Positions 9,368-18,799 of a stretch of DNA of 64,000 nucleotides are shown piece by piece. Numbering within the stretch: the first letter of the stretch is position 1; every line of letters begins with the position of its first letter. Position numbers and translations under genes: made by a program. A model generated the notes under the pieces. That model saw only the letters and a program-made list of their open reading frames with translations. It had not been told where the DNA came from and did not search any database. Source of the DNA: an uncultured archaeon (GTDB lineage: Archaea > Aenigmatarchaeota > Aenigmatarchaeia > QMZP01); the NCBI GenBank assembly GCA_964498245.1, contig CAZCGK010000009.1, forward strand, positions 1,607-65,606, in the 5' to 3' direction.

Positions 9368-9844
9368 CTAAGCAAATGTTGCGGATATCCATATGCCGAG
9401 AACATGAGCAAGAAGTATAACCATCAGAGCTATAAGCACGTGCTCTACAACAGGTTTCCATGGATTTGTTTTCTGTTCAATTCCTATGTAGTAGCTGAAT
9501 ATGCCGAGAAAGCTCAGTCCCAGAGCTATGTTCACGGGCACGGAAATTCCGAGAGGCAGAACGAGAAGAGGAAGAATGAATATCATTGCAAATACGAATT
9601 TAGAGAGAAAAGTCGAGAACGTGGATTCCCATATTTCTCTTTCACTGTGCCTGTTTTCCGATTCTTCTGCAATATGGATGCCTAATGCATCCGAAAACGC
9701 ATCTGCAATGGCTATTGTCAGTATTCCGCCGATTACTGCAAGCCTGGAGTGCGTGCCTGATGTAAGTCCAACCATTAAACCGAGAGTTGTGATTATTGCA
9801 GAGGTCATTCCGAAGCTGATACCTGTTCTCAGAGAGCGCTTCAT
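9368..9844 (-). CDS. VIT1/CCC1 family membrane protein (short form)
   Basis: Carries the transmembrane pattern 'GISFGMTSAIITTLGLMVGLTSG...IGGILTIAIADAFSDALG' characteristic of VIT family iron/manganese transporters. Confidence 0.6.
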   Translation of the reverse strand: MKRSLRTGISFGMTSAIITTLGLMVGLTSGTHSRLAVIGGILTIAIADAFSDALGIHIAEESENRHSEREIWESTFSTFLSKFVFAMIFILPLLVLPLGISVPVNIALGLSFLGIFSYYIGIEQKTNPWKPVVEHVLIALMVILLAHVLGIWISATFA

Positions 9845-11040
9845 CTTTCTACCCTTCTGCGGATAAAATAGAGGAGATCGTTCCCCTCAAGCTTGAAACT
9901 TCCCTGCTCCGCATGCTCCTCATCGAACATTTCAATCCTATCAGGTTCTATTCCCTTTCCAGCTATGAGCACAGGAACAGGGTCTGTAAGGTGTTCATAA
10001 CCCTTATACTCAGGAAGGCTTGCTGTTCTGTGATCACATGTTATTACAACAATCATATCCTTCAAATCCAAGCTTTTCAGTACAGTACCAAGGCACTGAT
10101 CTATTTTTTCTATAAACCTCTTTTTACCTTCCCGATCCCTGTTGTGTGAAAGTATGTCTGTTCCATTGAAATGGAGAAACACAAAATCATAATCATTTAC
10201 AGCACCTGTTATCTCCTCTGTTTTTTCACACAGCTCATAATCTATCTCAGGAATAGAATCAAACTCCAATACATCCATTCCCAGAAACCTTGCAACACCC
10301 CTTGCAACAGGCATTGCAGATATACACACACCGTTCAAAGAAAACCTCTCCCTGAAGCTTTTTGTGGTTTTCTTTCTCCCTGCGTTTCGAATTATGAGTG
10401 CATTGGCTGGAAATGTTCTTTCTCTGTTTTCCGGCTGTTCAGAAAGTATTTTTCTTGCCTTGTAAAGAAATCGATTAAGAACAGAGGCTGTAAACTTTGC
10501 GGATTTATCCTTCGGGGCTATCTGGGGTAGAGGAACCCCTGTTCTCTTCGGATCATTGGAGATTATTTTTTCCGAGACGTTTTTTCCGCTGAGAATTATA
10601 ACCACTCTGTGACCCTGGGACTTCTTCACAGTGAAATGCACACCGTCTATTTCCATTCCATCGAGAAGCTTACAGAATCTATCCAGGCCTCTTTCATCAC
10701 GTCCCGCCCTTCTGTCTATCACATTTCCTCTGCTATCCAGTGTCACAAAGTTTGCTCTTATACATACATCCTCCTCGCCTGGACTCAGTCCCAGACCCAG
10801 AGCCTCGAGGTAACCCCTTCCTGGATATGTATCATCAGAATAACAGCCCAAAAGCTTGAGGTAGCCTACATCAGAATCAGCCCTCTCCCTGTATTTAAGG
10901 TCCAGGAGACCCACAATACCGGATTTGGCAAGGAAATCAATTGTGGGTTTTTTTGCAAGAGAAAGGGGAGTTTGCGGTCCTATATCCCCCCCACCATCCA
11001 GAACCACGAAAAGGTATTTCATGAGTAGTATTGGTATCAA
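9841..11040 (-). CDS. apgM: 2,3-bisphosphoglycerate-independent phosphoglycerate mutase, archaeal type
   Basis: N-terminus 'KYLFVVLDGGGD' and the 'VITCDH' metal site are present. The 399-aa length fits. Confidence 0.85.
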   Translation of the reverse strand: MIPILLMKYLFVVLDGGGDIGPQTPLSLAKKPTIDFLAKSGIVGLLDLKYRERADSDVGYLKLLGCYSDDTYPGRGYLEALGLGLSPGEEDVCIRANFVTLDSRGNVIDRRAGRDERGLDRFCKLLDGMEIDGVHFTVKKSQGHRVVIILSGKNVSEKIISNDPKRTGVPLPQIAPKDKSAKFTASVLNRFLYKARKILSEQPENRERTFPANALIIRNAGRKKTTKSFRERFSLNGVCISAMPVARGVARFLGMDVLEFDSIPEIDYELCEKTEEITGAVNDYDFVFLHFNGTDILSHNRDREGKKRFIEKIDQCLGTVLKSLDLKDMIVVITCDHRTASLPEYKGYEHLTDPVPVLIAGKGIEPDRIEMFDEEHAEQGSFKLEGNDLLYFIRRRVER

Positions 11041-11070
11041 AAATTAAAAAAATTAATACCCAGTTTTTAT

Positions 11071-12093
11071 ATGGAGGCAGGAGTGATAAGGAACAGAGAA
11101 GTTCTGGAGATGGATTTTATTCCATTCAGAGTTGTATGCAGAGACGGACAAATAAAGGCTCTGGTCAACAATTTAAAACCAGTAATCGAAGGTGGAAAGC
11201 CACGAAACTCCTTTCTTTTTGGCCCTACAGGAACGGGAAAAACCTGTATTGCAAGGTATGTTTTGGAAGAGTTTTCCAAAGAGACCGGAGCTTTCGCATC
11301 CTATATAAACTGCTGGAGGGTCAGAACAAGATTCAACATACTCTATGAGCTTTCCAGAGATCTCGGAATGGGGTTATCATTTCACAGAAAGGGTACACCT
11401 GTAGATGAGATAGCTCTTGCCTTGGAGAGAAGGCTTGAGGAGAAACCTTGTGTGCTCGTATTGGATGAGGTGGATCAGATTGAGGAGACCGATGTTATTT
11501 ACGACCTCCTGACCCTTCCAAACATGTGTTTGATAATGATATCGAACAATCCACACGCGTTCTACAAGATGGATCCGAGAATAATGAGCAGGCTCGCCTC
11601 TACGGAGAGAATAGAGTTTCCCGTATACAGGAAAGAGGAAATTGTTTCCATACTCAGGGATAGAGTGGAATGGGGTTTGTTTCCGGGAGTGATATCCATA
11701 CCGCAGCTGGAAAAGATCGCAGAAACAAGCTCAGGTGATGCAAGAGTTGCGATAGAGATTCTCAGAATCTGCGCAGAGGAGGCAGAGAGAAGAGACCTGA
11801 ACAGAATAACCGATGATGTGATCGCAAGGTTTACCTCCTCGATTTTCAATCCAAAACTCGAATCGAGATTTAGTATGCTTAACCCGTACCAGAAACTTAT
11901 TATAAATATCCTTAAACAGGAAGGAGAAATGACCTCTGGAAAGCTTTTTAAAAAGCTTAACGAAATCTGCCGAAATGAGGGTTTGCAACCGGTAGTTGAC
12001 AGAACTTTTAGAAAATATACCTCATCCCTTCTAAAATCTGGATTTATTTCTGTTAAAAGGAAAGGTAAAAACCGTATATATGATTTTATCTAA
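11071..12093 (+). CDS. cdc6: Orc1/Cdc6 replication initiator AAA+ ATPase
   Basis: Contains Walker A 'FGPTGTGKTCIARYV', Walker B 'VLVLDEVD' and a C-terminal winged helix. Confidence 0.85.
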   Translation: MEAGVIRNREVLEMDFIPFRVVCRDGQIKALVNNLKPVIEGGKPRNSFLFGPTGTGKTCIARYVLEEFSKETGAFASYINCWRVRTRFNILYELSRDLGMGLSFHRKGTPVDEIALALERRLEEKPCVLVLDEVDQIEETDVIYDLLTLPNMCLIMISNNPHAFYKMDPRIMSRLASTERIEFPVYRKEEIVSILRDRVEWGLFPGVISIPQLEKIAETSSGDARVAIEILRICAEEAERRDLNRITDDVIARFTSSIFNPKLESRFSMLNPYQKLIINILKQEGEMTSGKLFKKLNEICRNEGLQPVVDRTFRKYTSSLLKSGFISVKRKGKNRIYDFI

Positions 12094-13328
12094 AATCTTT
12101 TTGCTATATCTAATGCCGCCTTCCTTCCGGTAATACTGGACATTTCCATACAGGGGAGTGAAAAATCCCCAACTTTATAAAATCTATCAAATCTTTCATC
12201 CACCATTCTCGGGATTTGTTCAAGAGTTGATACAACCGGCAGGGCGTGTTTCCATTCAACGGATTCAACTATCTCATAATCCGTAAAGAAATCCTCAAAT
12301 TGCGGGTTTTTCGTGTATGCTGAAACCTTGTACAGATTTTTTCCTTTTTTGGAAATGTGGGTAATTCCGGAGTTTCCCTCTCCAATGAACAGGCTGTCCA
12401 CCTTCTTGTATTTATTTTTCAGATTACCTCTAACAACAGCCTCCATCGAACTTCCATATTTAATCTTGCATTGATCCTTTACATCTTTGAATATTTCCGC
12501 AAGTTTTGGAAGCGGTACAGCGCTTATTACAAAATCGAATTCTTCCTCTCCCATTGGTGTGGCTATTCCGTATTTACCATCGAGAAATTCGATTTTTTCC
12601 ACGGGTGTTTCCAAGGAAATCCTGTCGCGATACGCTTCATAAATTTTCTTGGGAAGGGAATCCATTCCTTCTTCGAGTGTATAAATATCGGTTACTGTTG
12701 GAATGAATACGGCTTTGCCTACGGCTTCATTGATTTCTTCAGGTTCGGCACATAGTGTTGAAACCACAAACGGTCTAACAAAGTATTCTCTTATCCTTTT
12801 ACCCAAACTGTAAAAAAATCCTCTAAAAGACTTGCTGTAGCCCTTTTTTGTGAGCGGAAACCACTCCAAAATATCCATAAATTCAAGATCATTAAAGTAC
12901 CAGTAATATTCCAGAGCGGTGTAACCCTCTACAGCTTGGGCTTTTGCTTTCCTTTTAAGTTTGAAGAGAGATACCACATCCTTTGGATATAATTTTCCGG
13001 AGAGCAGAGAGAGAATGATGCCCTTATTATCAAGGGTCACAATACCATCATTCAAGAGAAACCCGGTTTTTTTAGCCTCATAGGATTTCAGCCTTTCTCC
13101 GAGACCGAATTCCTTTATCAGCTCTCGCAAACTGTAGTAGTATCCATGAAAATATGATGCACCAAGCTCTATTCTTTCACCACCAGCATTGGATGTATAT
13201 ATCCTTCCGCCAACTCTTTGGGAACTTTCATATAAGTGTGCATCGATATCAGAAATTTTGGCAAGCTCATGCAATGCAGACAGACCCGATATTCCGGCTC
13301 CTATTACAGCAACCCTTTTCTTTTTCAT
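12090..13328 (-). CDS. FAD-dependent oxidoreductase (amine-oxidase/protoporphyrinogen-oxidase-like)
   Basis: Shows the N-terminal Rossmann motif 'VAVIGAGISGLSALHEL' and 'GGRIYT'. Confidence 0.65.
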   Translation of the reverse strand: MKKKRVAVIGAGISGLSALHELAKISDIDAHLYESSQRVGGRIYTSNAGGERIELGASYFHGYYYSLRELIKEFGLGERLKSYEAKKTGFLLNDGIVTLDNKGIILSLLSGKLYPKDVVSLFKLKRKAKAQAVEGYTALEYYWYFNDLEFMDILEWFPLTKKGYSKSFRGFFYSLGKRIREYFVRPFVVSTLCAEPEEINEAVGKAVFIPTVTDIYTLEEGMDSLPKKIYEAYRDRISLETPVEKIEFLDGKYGIATPMGEEEFDFVISAVPLPKLAEIFKDVKDQCKIKYGSSMEAVVRGNLKNKYKKVDSLFIGEGNSGITHISKKGKNLYKVSAYTKNPQFEDFFTDYEIVESVEWKHALPVVSTLEQIPRMVDERFDRFYKVGDFSLPCMEMSSITGRKAALDIAKRF

Positions 13329-13440
13329 ATTTCGTATGTAGAGATTAAATTTTAAAAACCTTGATTTACAGATAGATGTTTATATAAATCATTTTAATCA
13401 CTTTGTCGAAAATTCATTCAGAGCTTGAGGTGATGAATAC

Positions 13441-14097
13441 ATGAAAATGATCTTTCTTGGTGCACCCGGTGTTGGTAAAGGCACACATGCAGGATTGATA
13501 GCAAAGTTATATTCAATTCCGAAAATATCCACAGGCGATCTATTCAGGGAAGAGGTAAAGAAAGGTACCGAACTCGGAAAAAGGATTGAAGGAATACTGA
13601 ATGCCGGTGAACTTGTGCCTGATGAAATAGTTATAGAGGTTTTGAAAAAGCGAATTTCCCAGGAGGACTGCAAAAACGGTTACATACTCGATGGTTTTCC
13701 AAGAACGATTCCTCAAGCAGAGGCTTTGGATAAGATTACGAAAATAGACCTTGTTGTGAATCTGGTTGCTTCAGAACAAACTATAATAGACAGAATAACG
13801 AACCGTTACACATGTAGAAACTGCGGTGAAGTGTATAATATAAAATTCGTTCCGCCAAAAAAGGAAGGCATATGCGATAAATGCGGCGGAGAGCTTTATC
13901 AAAGGGAAGACCAAAAGCCGGAAGTGGTAAAGGAAAGGTTAAGGGTTTACGAAGAAAAAACAAAACCCCTTATCGAGTATTACAAAAATAAGGGAATACT
14001 CCTTGAAGTCAATGTTGAAGGCGAGGTCAACGAGGTTCACGAAAGGATTGCAAATGCTATAAAGAAGTGGCTTGAAGAACACGGGAAACAAGCCTAA
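13441..14097 (+). CDS. adk: adenylate kinase, long type with Cys4 zinc lid
   Basis: Contains 'IFLGAPGVGKGTHA' and the lid 'CRNCGEVYN...CDKCGG'. Confidence 0.85.
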   Translation: MKMIFLGAPGVGKGTHAGLIAKLYSIPKISTGDLFREEVKKGTELGKRIEGILNAGELVPDEIVIEVLKKRISQEDCKNGYILDGFPRTIPQAEALDKITKIDLVVNLVASEQTIIDRITNRYTCRNCGEVYNIKFVPPKKEGICDKCGGELYQREDQKPEVVKERLRVYEEKTKPLIEYYKNKGILLEVNVEGEVNEVHERIANAIKKWLEEHGKQA

Positions 14098-14297
14098 AAT
14101 CTCTCATGTTTTATGCCGGAAGCCACGTTTATCCACAGCAATCCTGCAATTAGAAAGAATATAAAGGCAATGAGAAGCGCTATTAAATACGAAAAATAAG
14201 AGACACCGATATTAAGCTCAAGATTATTCACAATCCAGCAGCCTATGAGAATAAAAAACCCTCCAGCTATCCATGAAACAACCAGCTTGGATGTCAT
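14094..14297 (-). CDS. small membrane protein
   Basis: 67 aa with two hydrophobic helices. Confidence 0.35.
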   Translation of the reverse strand: MTSKLVVSWIAGGFFILIGCWIVNNLELNIGVSYFSYLIALLIAFIFFLIAGLLWINVASGIKHERF

Positions 14298-14330
14298 GTT
14301 TTAAATTATTCGGATAAATGATTTTTATAG

Positions 14331-14600
14331 TTATAGCCCCAGACGTTTTTTTGCAAGAAGCACATCTTCCTCTGTTATGGTTCTTCTTCCAGAATGCTCG
14401 GCAAGCTTTCCAGCTTCCTGTGCAAGATCCTTAATCGTCTTTTCCATCCATTCTGCAAACAGAATCACTGCTTTTTTAGAAACCCTTTTCGCTCCGGCAT
14501 CTTTAAGAATTCTCTCAACAGTTGCGAGAGGCAGTTCTGCCAAATCTTTCACCTGATTTATTTTATTAATTTTGAGAAGATTTATAAATTCGAACAGCAT
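14331..14600 (-). CDS. archaeal histone (HMf-like); the true start is probably the internal GTG near 14549
   Basis: 'LPLATVERILKDAGAKRVSKKAVILFAEWMEKTIKDLAQEAGKLAEHSGRRTITEEDVLLA' aligns with the histone fold of HMfB. Confidence 0.7.
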   Translation of the reverse strand: MLFEFINLLKINKINQVKDLAELPLATVERILKDAGAKRVSKKAVILFAEWMEKTIKDLAQEAGKLAEHSGRRTITEEDVLLAKKRLGL

Positions 14601-14633
14601 TTAATAAAATATCTCTAAAGAAGGAGGGATGAG

Positions 14634-14774
14634 ATGACAGAAGCGTACTGTGTGAAGTGCAAGAAAAAAGTCACAATGAAAGATGAAAAGAGCGTAACGC
14701 TCAAAAACGGTAAACCCGCAAAACAGGGAATATGCCCTGAATGCGGAACAAAGGTTTTCAAAATAGGATGTTAA
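14634..14774 (+). CDS. small zinc-ribbon protein (46 aa)
   Basis: MTEAYCVKCKKKVTMKDEKSVTLKNGKPAKQGICPECGTKVFKIGC carries a CxxC...CxxC motif. A GGAGG sequence lies 8 nt upstream. Not in the ORF track because it is under 60 aa. Confidence 0.5.
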   Translation: MTEAYCVKCKKKVTMKDEKSVTLKNGKPAKQGICPECGTKVFKIGC

Positions 14775-14802
14775 AATCCTCATCCTTTTCATTTTTTATT
14801 TT

Positions 14803-15048
14803 TTAGGTAAACTCCCTTATGTTTCTGAAGATGATATACATTGTGATTATGCTGAGCATAATGAAAAATCCAATAAAGGCGAAACTTAAAAAAAGACCAG
14901 CATCCGGAGCTTTAAAACTGCAAACGGTTTTTGTTTCGCTATTGTAGCAATCCATATATTTTTTTCCTATCCAGTCTGTTATAAAGAATACGAAAAAACT
15001 TGAAATAAATACTATTATCATACCAATAGCTATAAGCACTTTCATCAT
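14803..15048 (-). CDS. small membrane protein
   Basis: 81 aa with two transmembrane helices. Confidence 0.35.
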   Translation of the reverse strand: MMKVLIAIGMIIVFISSFFVFFITDWIGKKYMDCYNSETKTVCSFKAPDAGLFLSFAFIGFFIMLSIITMYIIFRNIREFT

Positions 15049-15077
15049 TATATATTTCGGTTTTGGTGATTATAAAT

Positions 15078-15419
15078 TTATGAAGGATTCTTTAATTTCT
15101 CCTTTCTGTAAGGATACCTCATGATATGCCCGCAGTTCCCGCATCTTATTATTACAGATTTCTGCCTTGAACTGATTCTAACCGTGCAGTTAACACCGTA
15201 GACGAAAAAAATATAACACTTCCTACAGAACCGCCTTTTGTATTCTCTGGGAATACCTAAATTGTACCGCATGCATATTTTCATTGCCATTTCAACATAT
15301 CGTTTGGAATAATCCGGGTTTTCCCTGGAAAGTTTCTCAGCGGTTTGAAAAAGAGCATTAATCCTCTCTTTTGCTGTTCTTATCTGCCAGTAGGGCTTTG
15401 AACGCTTTTTTGTTTTCAT
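15078..15419 (-). CDS. rnp4: RNase P protein component 4 (Rpp21/Rpr2 family)
   Basis: MKTKKRSKPYWQIRTAKERINALF...CRKCYIFFVYGVNCTVRISSRQKSVIIRCGNCGHIMRYPY contains the Rpr2 zinc ribbon. Start trimmed to the internal ATG at 15419; the longer ORF extends into the HisS promoter region. Confidence 0.7.
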   Translation of the reverse strand: MKTKKRSKPYWQIRTAKERINALFQTAEKLSRENPDYSKRYVEMAMKICMRYNLGIPREYKRRFCRKCYIFFVYGVNCTVRISSRQKSVIIRCGNCGHIMRYPYRKEKLKNPS

Positions 15420-15480
15420 TAGATAATTTTTGAAATAAAAAAGTATTAATTTCATTACAATAAAAAATGGAAATGGAGGA

Positions 15481-16797
15481 TTGATTATGCCTTTCCAACC
15501 ACCAAGAGGAATGAGAGATTTCCCTCCGGAAGTAATGATAAAGAGGATGTATGTAATCGAAAAAATCCGCGAAACCTTTGAAAGATACGGTTTTAGCCCT
15601 GTATGCACCTCAGCTGTGGAATACTGGAAAGTTCTTTCCAGAAAGGGTGGTGGAGGAGAGGCGATAAAAGAAGAGATATACTATTTTAAAGACAAGGGAG
15701 ATCGTGAGCTTGGCCTCAGATTCGATCTCACAACATCTCTTGCAAGATTTGTTTCTGGAAACCCGCAGATACCCAAACCCTTCAAGGTCTATCAGATAGG
15801 AAGGGTGTGGAGATATGATAGACCGCAGGCTGGAAGATATCGGGAATTCTGGCAGGCAGATGCGGATATAATAGGCTCTCCATTTATGGATTGCGAAGCA
15901 GAATGTATAGCTCTTGCCTCTGAATGCTTGCAAAAACTGGGCTTTGAAAATTTTGAAATAAGAATAAATAACAGGAAAGTTCTCAACGGTATGATGGAAT
16001 TTCTCGGAATAGAGAAGGAGAAACAGCCTGAGGTTTTCAGAATACTGGATAAGCTTGACAAGATTGGAGAAAACGGTGTGAAAAAAGAACTTGAGAACAA
16101 GGGTGTAAAAAACAAAACTCTGGAAGGTCTTCTTGCTTTTGCAAGAATGAAAGGAAAGCCTGAAAAGATTATTGAGGAGTGCATGCAGACTTTTGCGGGT
16201 TTTTCTGAAGCAGAGGAAGGCCTGAAGGAGCTCAGGGAAATCATAGAAAAGCTTAAACCCTACAATATTTCAGGAAAAATCCTCATTGACCTGAGCCTGG
16301 TAAGAGGTCTGGATTACTACACAGGCCCTATTTTCGAGATTGAAGCGAAAGGAAAGGAAAATTTGGGAAGCATCTCTGCAGGAGGAAGATATGATAAGTT
16401 TATTGAAGTACTGGGTGGTAAACCAACTCCGGCTGTGGGCGTGTCCCTAGGCATTGAAAGGATATTCGATATTCTTGAAGAGAAAAGCAGATTCACTCTA
16501 CCTCAAACAAAAACCGAGATTTTTGTAGTTTCCGTAGAAGATTCTTTCAGGACAGAAACTATCAAAATTGCACAGGAACTGAGAAGAGCCGGCTTTAACG
16601 TGGAAACAGACCTGATGTCAAGAAATCTGAAAAAGCAACTAGAACACATCAACAGGACCGGAATACCTTATGCCCTGTTTGTGGGACAGAAGGAAATAAA
16701 AACAGGAAGGTATACACTCAGAGACATGAACACAGGTAAGCAAAAAGAAATGTCAGTGAATGAAATAATAAAGGAGCTTGCAGATTTACGCGGTTAG
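15481..16797 (+). CDS. hisS: histidyl-tRNA synthetase
   Basis: Shows 'PRGMRDFPPE' and the motif 3 'GGRYD'. The 438-aa length fits. Confidence 0.9.
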   Translation: MIMPFQPPRGMRDFPPEVMIKRMYVIEKIRETFERYGFSPVCTSAVEYWKVLSRKGGGGEAIKEEIYYFKDKGDRELGLRFDLTTSLARFVSGNPQIPKPFKVYQIGRVWRYDRPQAGRYREFWQADADIIGSPFMDCEAECIALASECLQKLGFENFEIRINNRKVLNGMMEFLGIEKEKQPEVFRILDKLDKIGENGVKKELENKGVKNKTLEGLLAFARMKGKPEKIIEECMQTFAGFSEAEEGLKELREIIEKLKPYNISGKILIDLSLVRGLDYYTGPIFEIEAKGKENLGSISAGGRYDKFIEVLGGKPTPAVGVSLGIERIFDILEEKSRFTLPQTKTEIFVVSVEDSFRTETIKIAQELRRAGFNVETDLMSRNLKKQLEHINRTGIPYALFVGQKEIKTGRYTLRDMNTGKQKEMSVNEIIKELADLRG

Positions 16798-17297
16798 CTT
16801 TTCTGATACAGCGTTTCTAGAATGATCTTCAGAGCACGTTTTTTGCTTATTTTTCGTGTATCAATCACAACAGTTTTTGATTCTGCATCATCAAAAGTAT
16901 ACATGAGTTTTTTTATTTTTTCATCTTCAAGTGCATCACAGCGCTCACGGAATTTGTATCTTTCTGTAAGGGTCTCAAAATCCGAGGTCAATGTAAAAAT
17001 ATACGATGTATATCCGTATTTTTCAAAAAATTTTGTGAATAAATCTGTTCTTTTTTCTACAAGAAGAGAATCTCCTATAATTATATCCCACCCATCTTTA
17101 ACGAAAAAATCCCTGCATATTCTAAGTATTATCTCATATGCAAGATACTTGTCGGACAAACTGGAAGCATTTCCTCCGAAGCAGCGAACAAAGTGATCCG
17201 CATCAAACATCACAGCTTTTCCTAGGACATCTCGAAGGCATCTTGCAATCGTTGTTTTTCCCGAAGCGGGCGGACCCCTGATCAGTATGAATCTTTT
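16794..17297 (-). CDS. P-loop NTPase/kinase family protein
   Basis: Contains Walker A 'IRGPPASGKTTIA'. The roughly 168-aa kinase-sized fold suggests a start at MKRFILIRG. Confidence 0.5.
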   Translation of the reverse strand, partial: KRFILIRGPPASGKTTIARCLRDVLGKAVMFDADHFVRCFGGNASSLSDKYLAYEIILRICRDFFVKDGWDIIIGDSLLVEKRTDLFTKFFEKYGYTSYIFTLTSDFETLTERYKFRERCDALEDEKIKKLMYTFDDAESKTVVIDTRKISKKRALKIILETLYQKS

Positions 17298-17355
17298 CAT
17301 TAATAAATTAGGAAATGAGTGTGATTTATATAATTTTGATACCAAAAAATTTAAC

Positions 17356-17688
17356 ATGAACAAACAATCTATTATTGCTGAAATTCAAAAGGAGAAAAGC
17401 CTTTTGGATTCTCAGGATGTAGAAACCCTGTTCAGAGATTCTGCAAACGTTGAAAGGCTTGTTTTTGAGACTGATGAGGAGGACGAGTTGGTGGAAAAAC
17501 TCACATCCCTGAAGGATTCAAGGGCATTGCTTATAGATTGCAGAAGCGTGTCCGAAAACGTGCTGCTTCTGTATAAGAAGGTGATGGAAAATCTAAGGGG
17601 AAATATAAAGGTGATATCTTACTTCACGGTTGTGGAAAAACCCGAAAGCGAAAAGAAATACTGGGTAAGGGTTTTTGCTGAAAGGTGA
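17356..17688 (+). CDS. hypothetical protein
   Basis: ORF 17287..17688, trimmed to the internal Met to avoid overlap with the kinase gene. Confidence 0.3.
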   Translation: MNKQSIIAEIQKEKSLLDSQDVETLFRDSANVERLVFETDEEDELVEKLTSLKDSRALLIDCRSVSENVLLLYKKVMENLRGNIKVISYFTVVEKPESEKKYWVRVFAER

Positions 17689-17696
17689 TTTTTTGT

Positions 17697-18764
17697 TTAA
17701 TTCTGATAAAACCTGAACCTTAAAAATCCAGCAATACCTCCTAAATGCAAAAATCTCTCTCCTGCTTCATGATCCGAAGAAATTATCTTCACCTTCCCTC
17801 CCATTTTTTCGGTTAGATCCATAATTTTCTCAAATTCCGGGATTTTTTCCTCAGAAACGAGAAGGGTTTCCACCGCACCGAGCTTTACTGCATGCTCTGT
17901 TTCCTTTTTGCCATATACAGCTAAGCCTTCAGAATATATCCTCGAAAAAAGTTCTTCCACGAGTTCGGTCTCCTTTGCAATTCTGGAATCCCGAAGAATT
18001 CTTGCAGAACATTTCCTCACAACCTCATTAATTCCTGTTATGCCCAGGGAATGGCAGTGCTCGATAAAAATCTTCTTTGCAAGCTCCGGGTTCCTTTCTT
18101 TTATATGTTTCAGAAGGTTTTCCTTCTCAAAACCAGGACCAGCAATGATAATAGCATTGAATTTTTCCTGCTTGCCTTCCAGATACTTCAAAATCTCATT
18201 TCGATATCCATCCAGATTGTCCTCTTCTCTCTGCTTTTTCGAGTAGATGGTTGTTAGATATTCTATACCGGATTCTTTCAGTTCGGCAAAACATGCTTCA
18301 TCTCTATCCAGAACACATATTAGAAGCAGTGAGGGTTTGATTTTTGCTTTTTCGAGTCTTTCCAGATGATAGGATTTCCATTCTTTTTTCTGGATTGTGA
18401 TAACGGTTCTTATACCCACAGCTATAGTATGGTACGAGCCAATCTGAACCTTATCTTCAGGTCCGGATATTATGGGACCTGTCAATCTTAACTGGTGCGT
18501 GTCCTTATGATATTCCATTTTTTCAAGTTCTATGGACAGAACCAAAGCTTCTCTATCACCTTCTCTTAATTCAGAACCCCTTTTTATCACCACCTTGCGG
18601 AATGTTTTACCTGTTATTATATCGCCTGGTTCGAGAATTTTCTCGAGATGCCAGAGATCATCAGGAGTTTCTGTTCTGATTTTCACCATTCCGTGTTTCA
18701 AGTCTTTCTTCAGGATTTGCATAGATTCCACTTTAATTGAATAATTTATTATAAGTTTACGCAA
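17697..18764 (-). CDS. pelA: Pelota/Dom34 (mRNA surveillance, eRF1 paralog)
   Basis: N-terminus 'MQILKKDLKHGMVKIRTETPDDLWHLEKIL', typical of archaeal Pelota. 355 aa. Confidence 0.85.
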   Translation of the reverse strand: MRKLIINYSIKVESMQILKKDLKHGMVKIRTETPDDLWHLEKILEPGDIITGKTFRKVVIKRGSELREGDREALVLSIELEKMEYHKDTHQLRLTGPIISGPEDKVQIGSYHTIAVGIRTVITIQKKEWKSYHLERLEKAKIKPSLLLICVLDRDEACFAELKESGIEYLTTIYSKKQREEDNLDGYRNEILKYLEGKQEKFNAIIIAGPGFEKENLLKHIKERNPELAKKIFIEHCHSLGITGINEVVRKCSARILRDSRIAKETELVEELFSRIYSEGLAVYGKKETEHAVKLGAVETLLVSEEKIPEFEKIMDLTEKMGGKVKIISSDHEAGERFLHLGGIAGFLRFRFYQN

Positions 18765-18799
18765 CCAAAATAATATATATCACAAAAATTGGTGGTCTG

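Noticed and set aside
11041-11070. Possible replication origin beside cdc6.
   Set aside because: The intergenic space upstream of cdc6 is only about 30 bp, with no ORB-like repeats or extended AT-rich unwinding element. This Cdc6 copy is probably not origin-adjacent.
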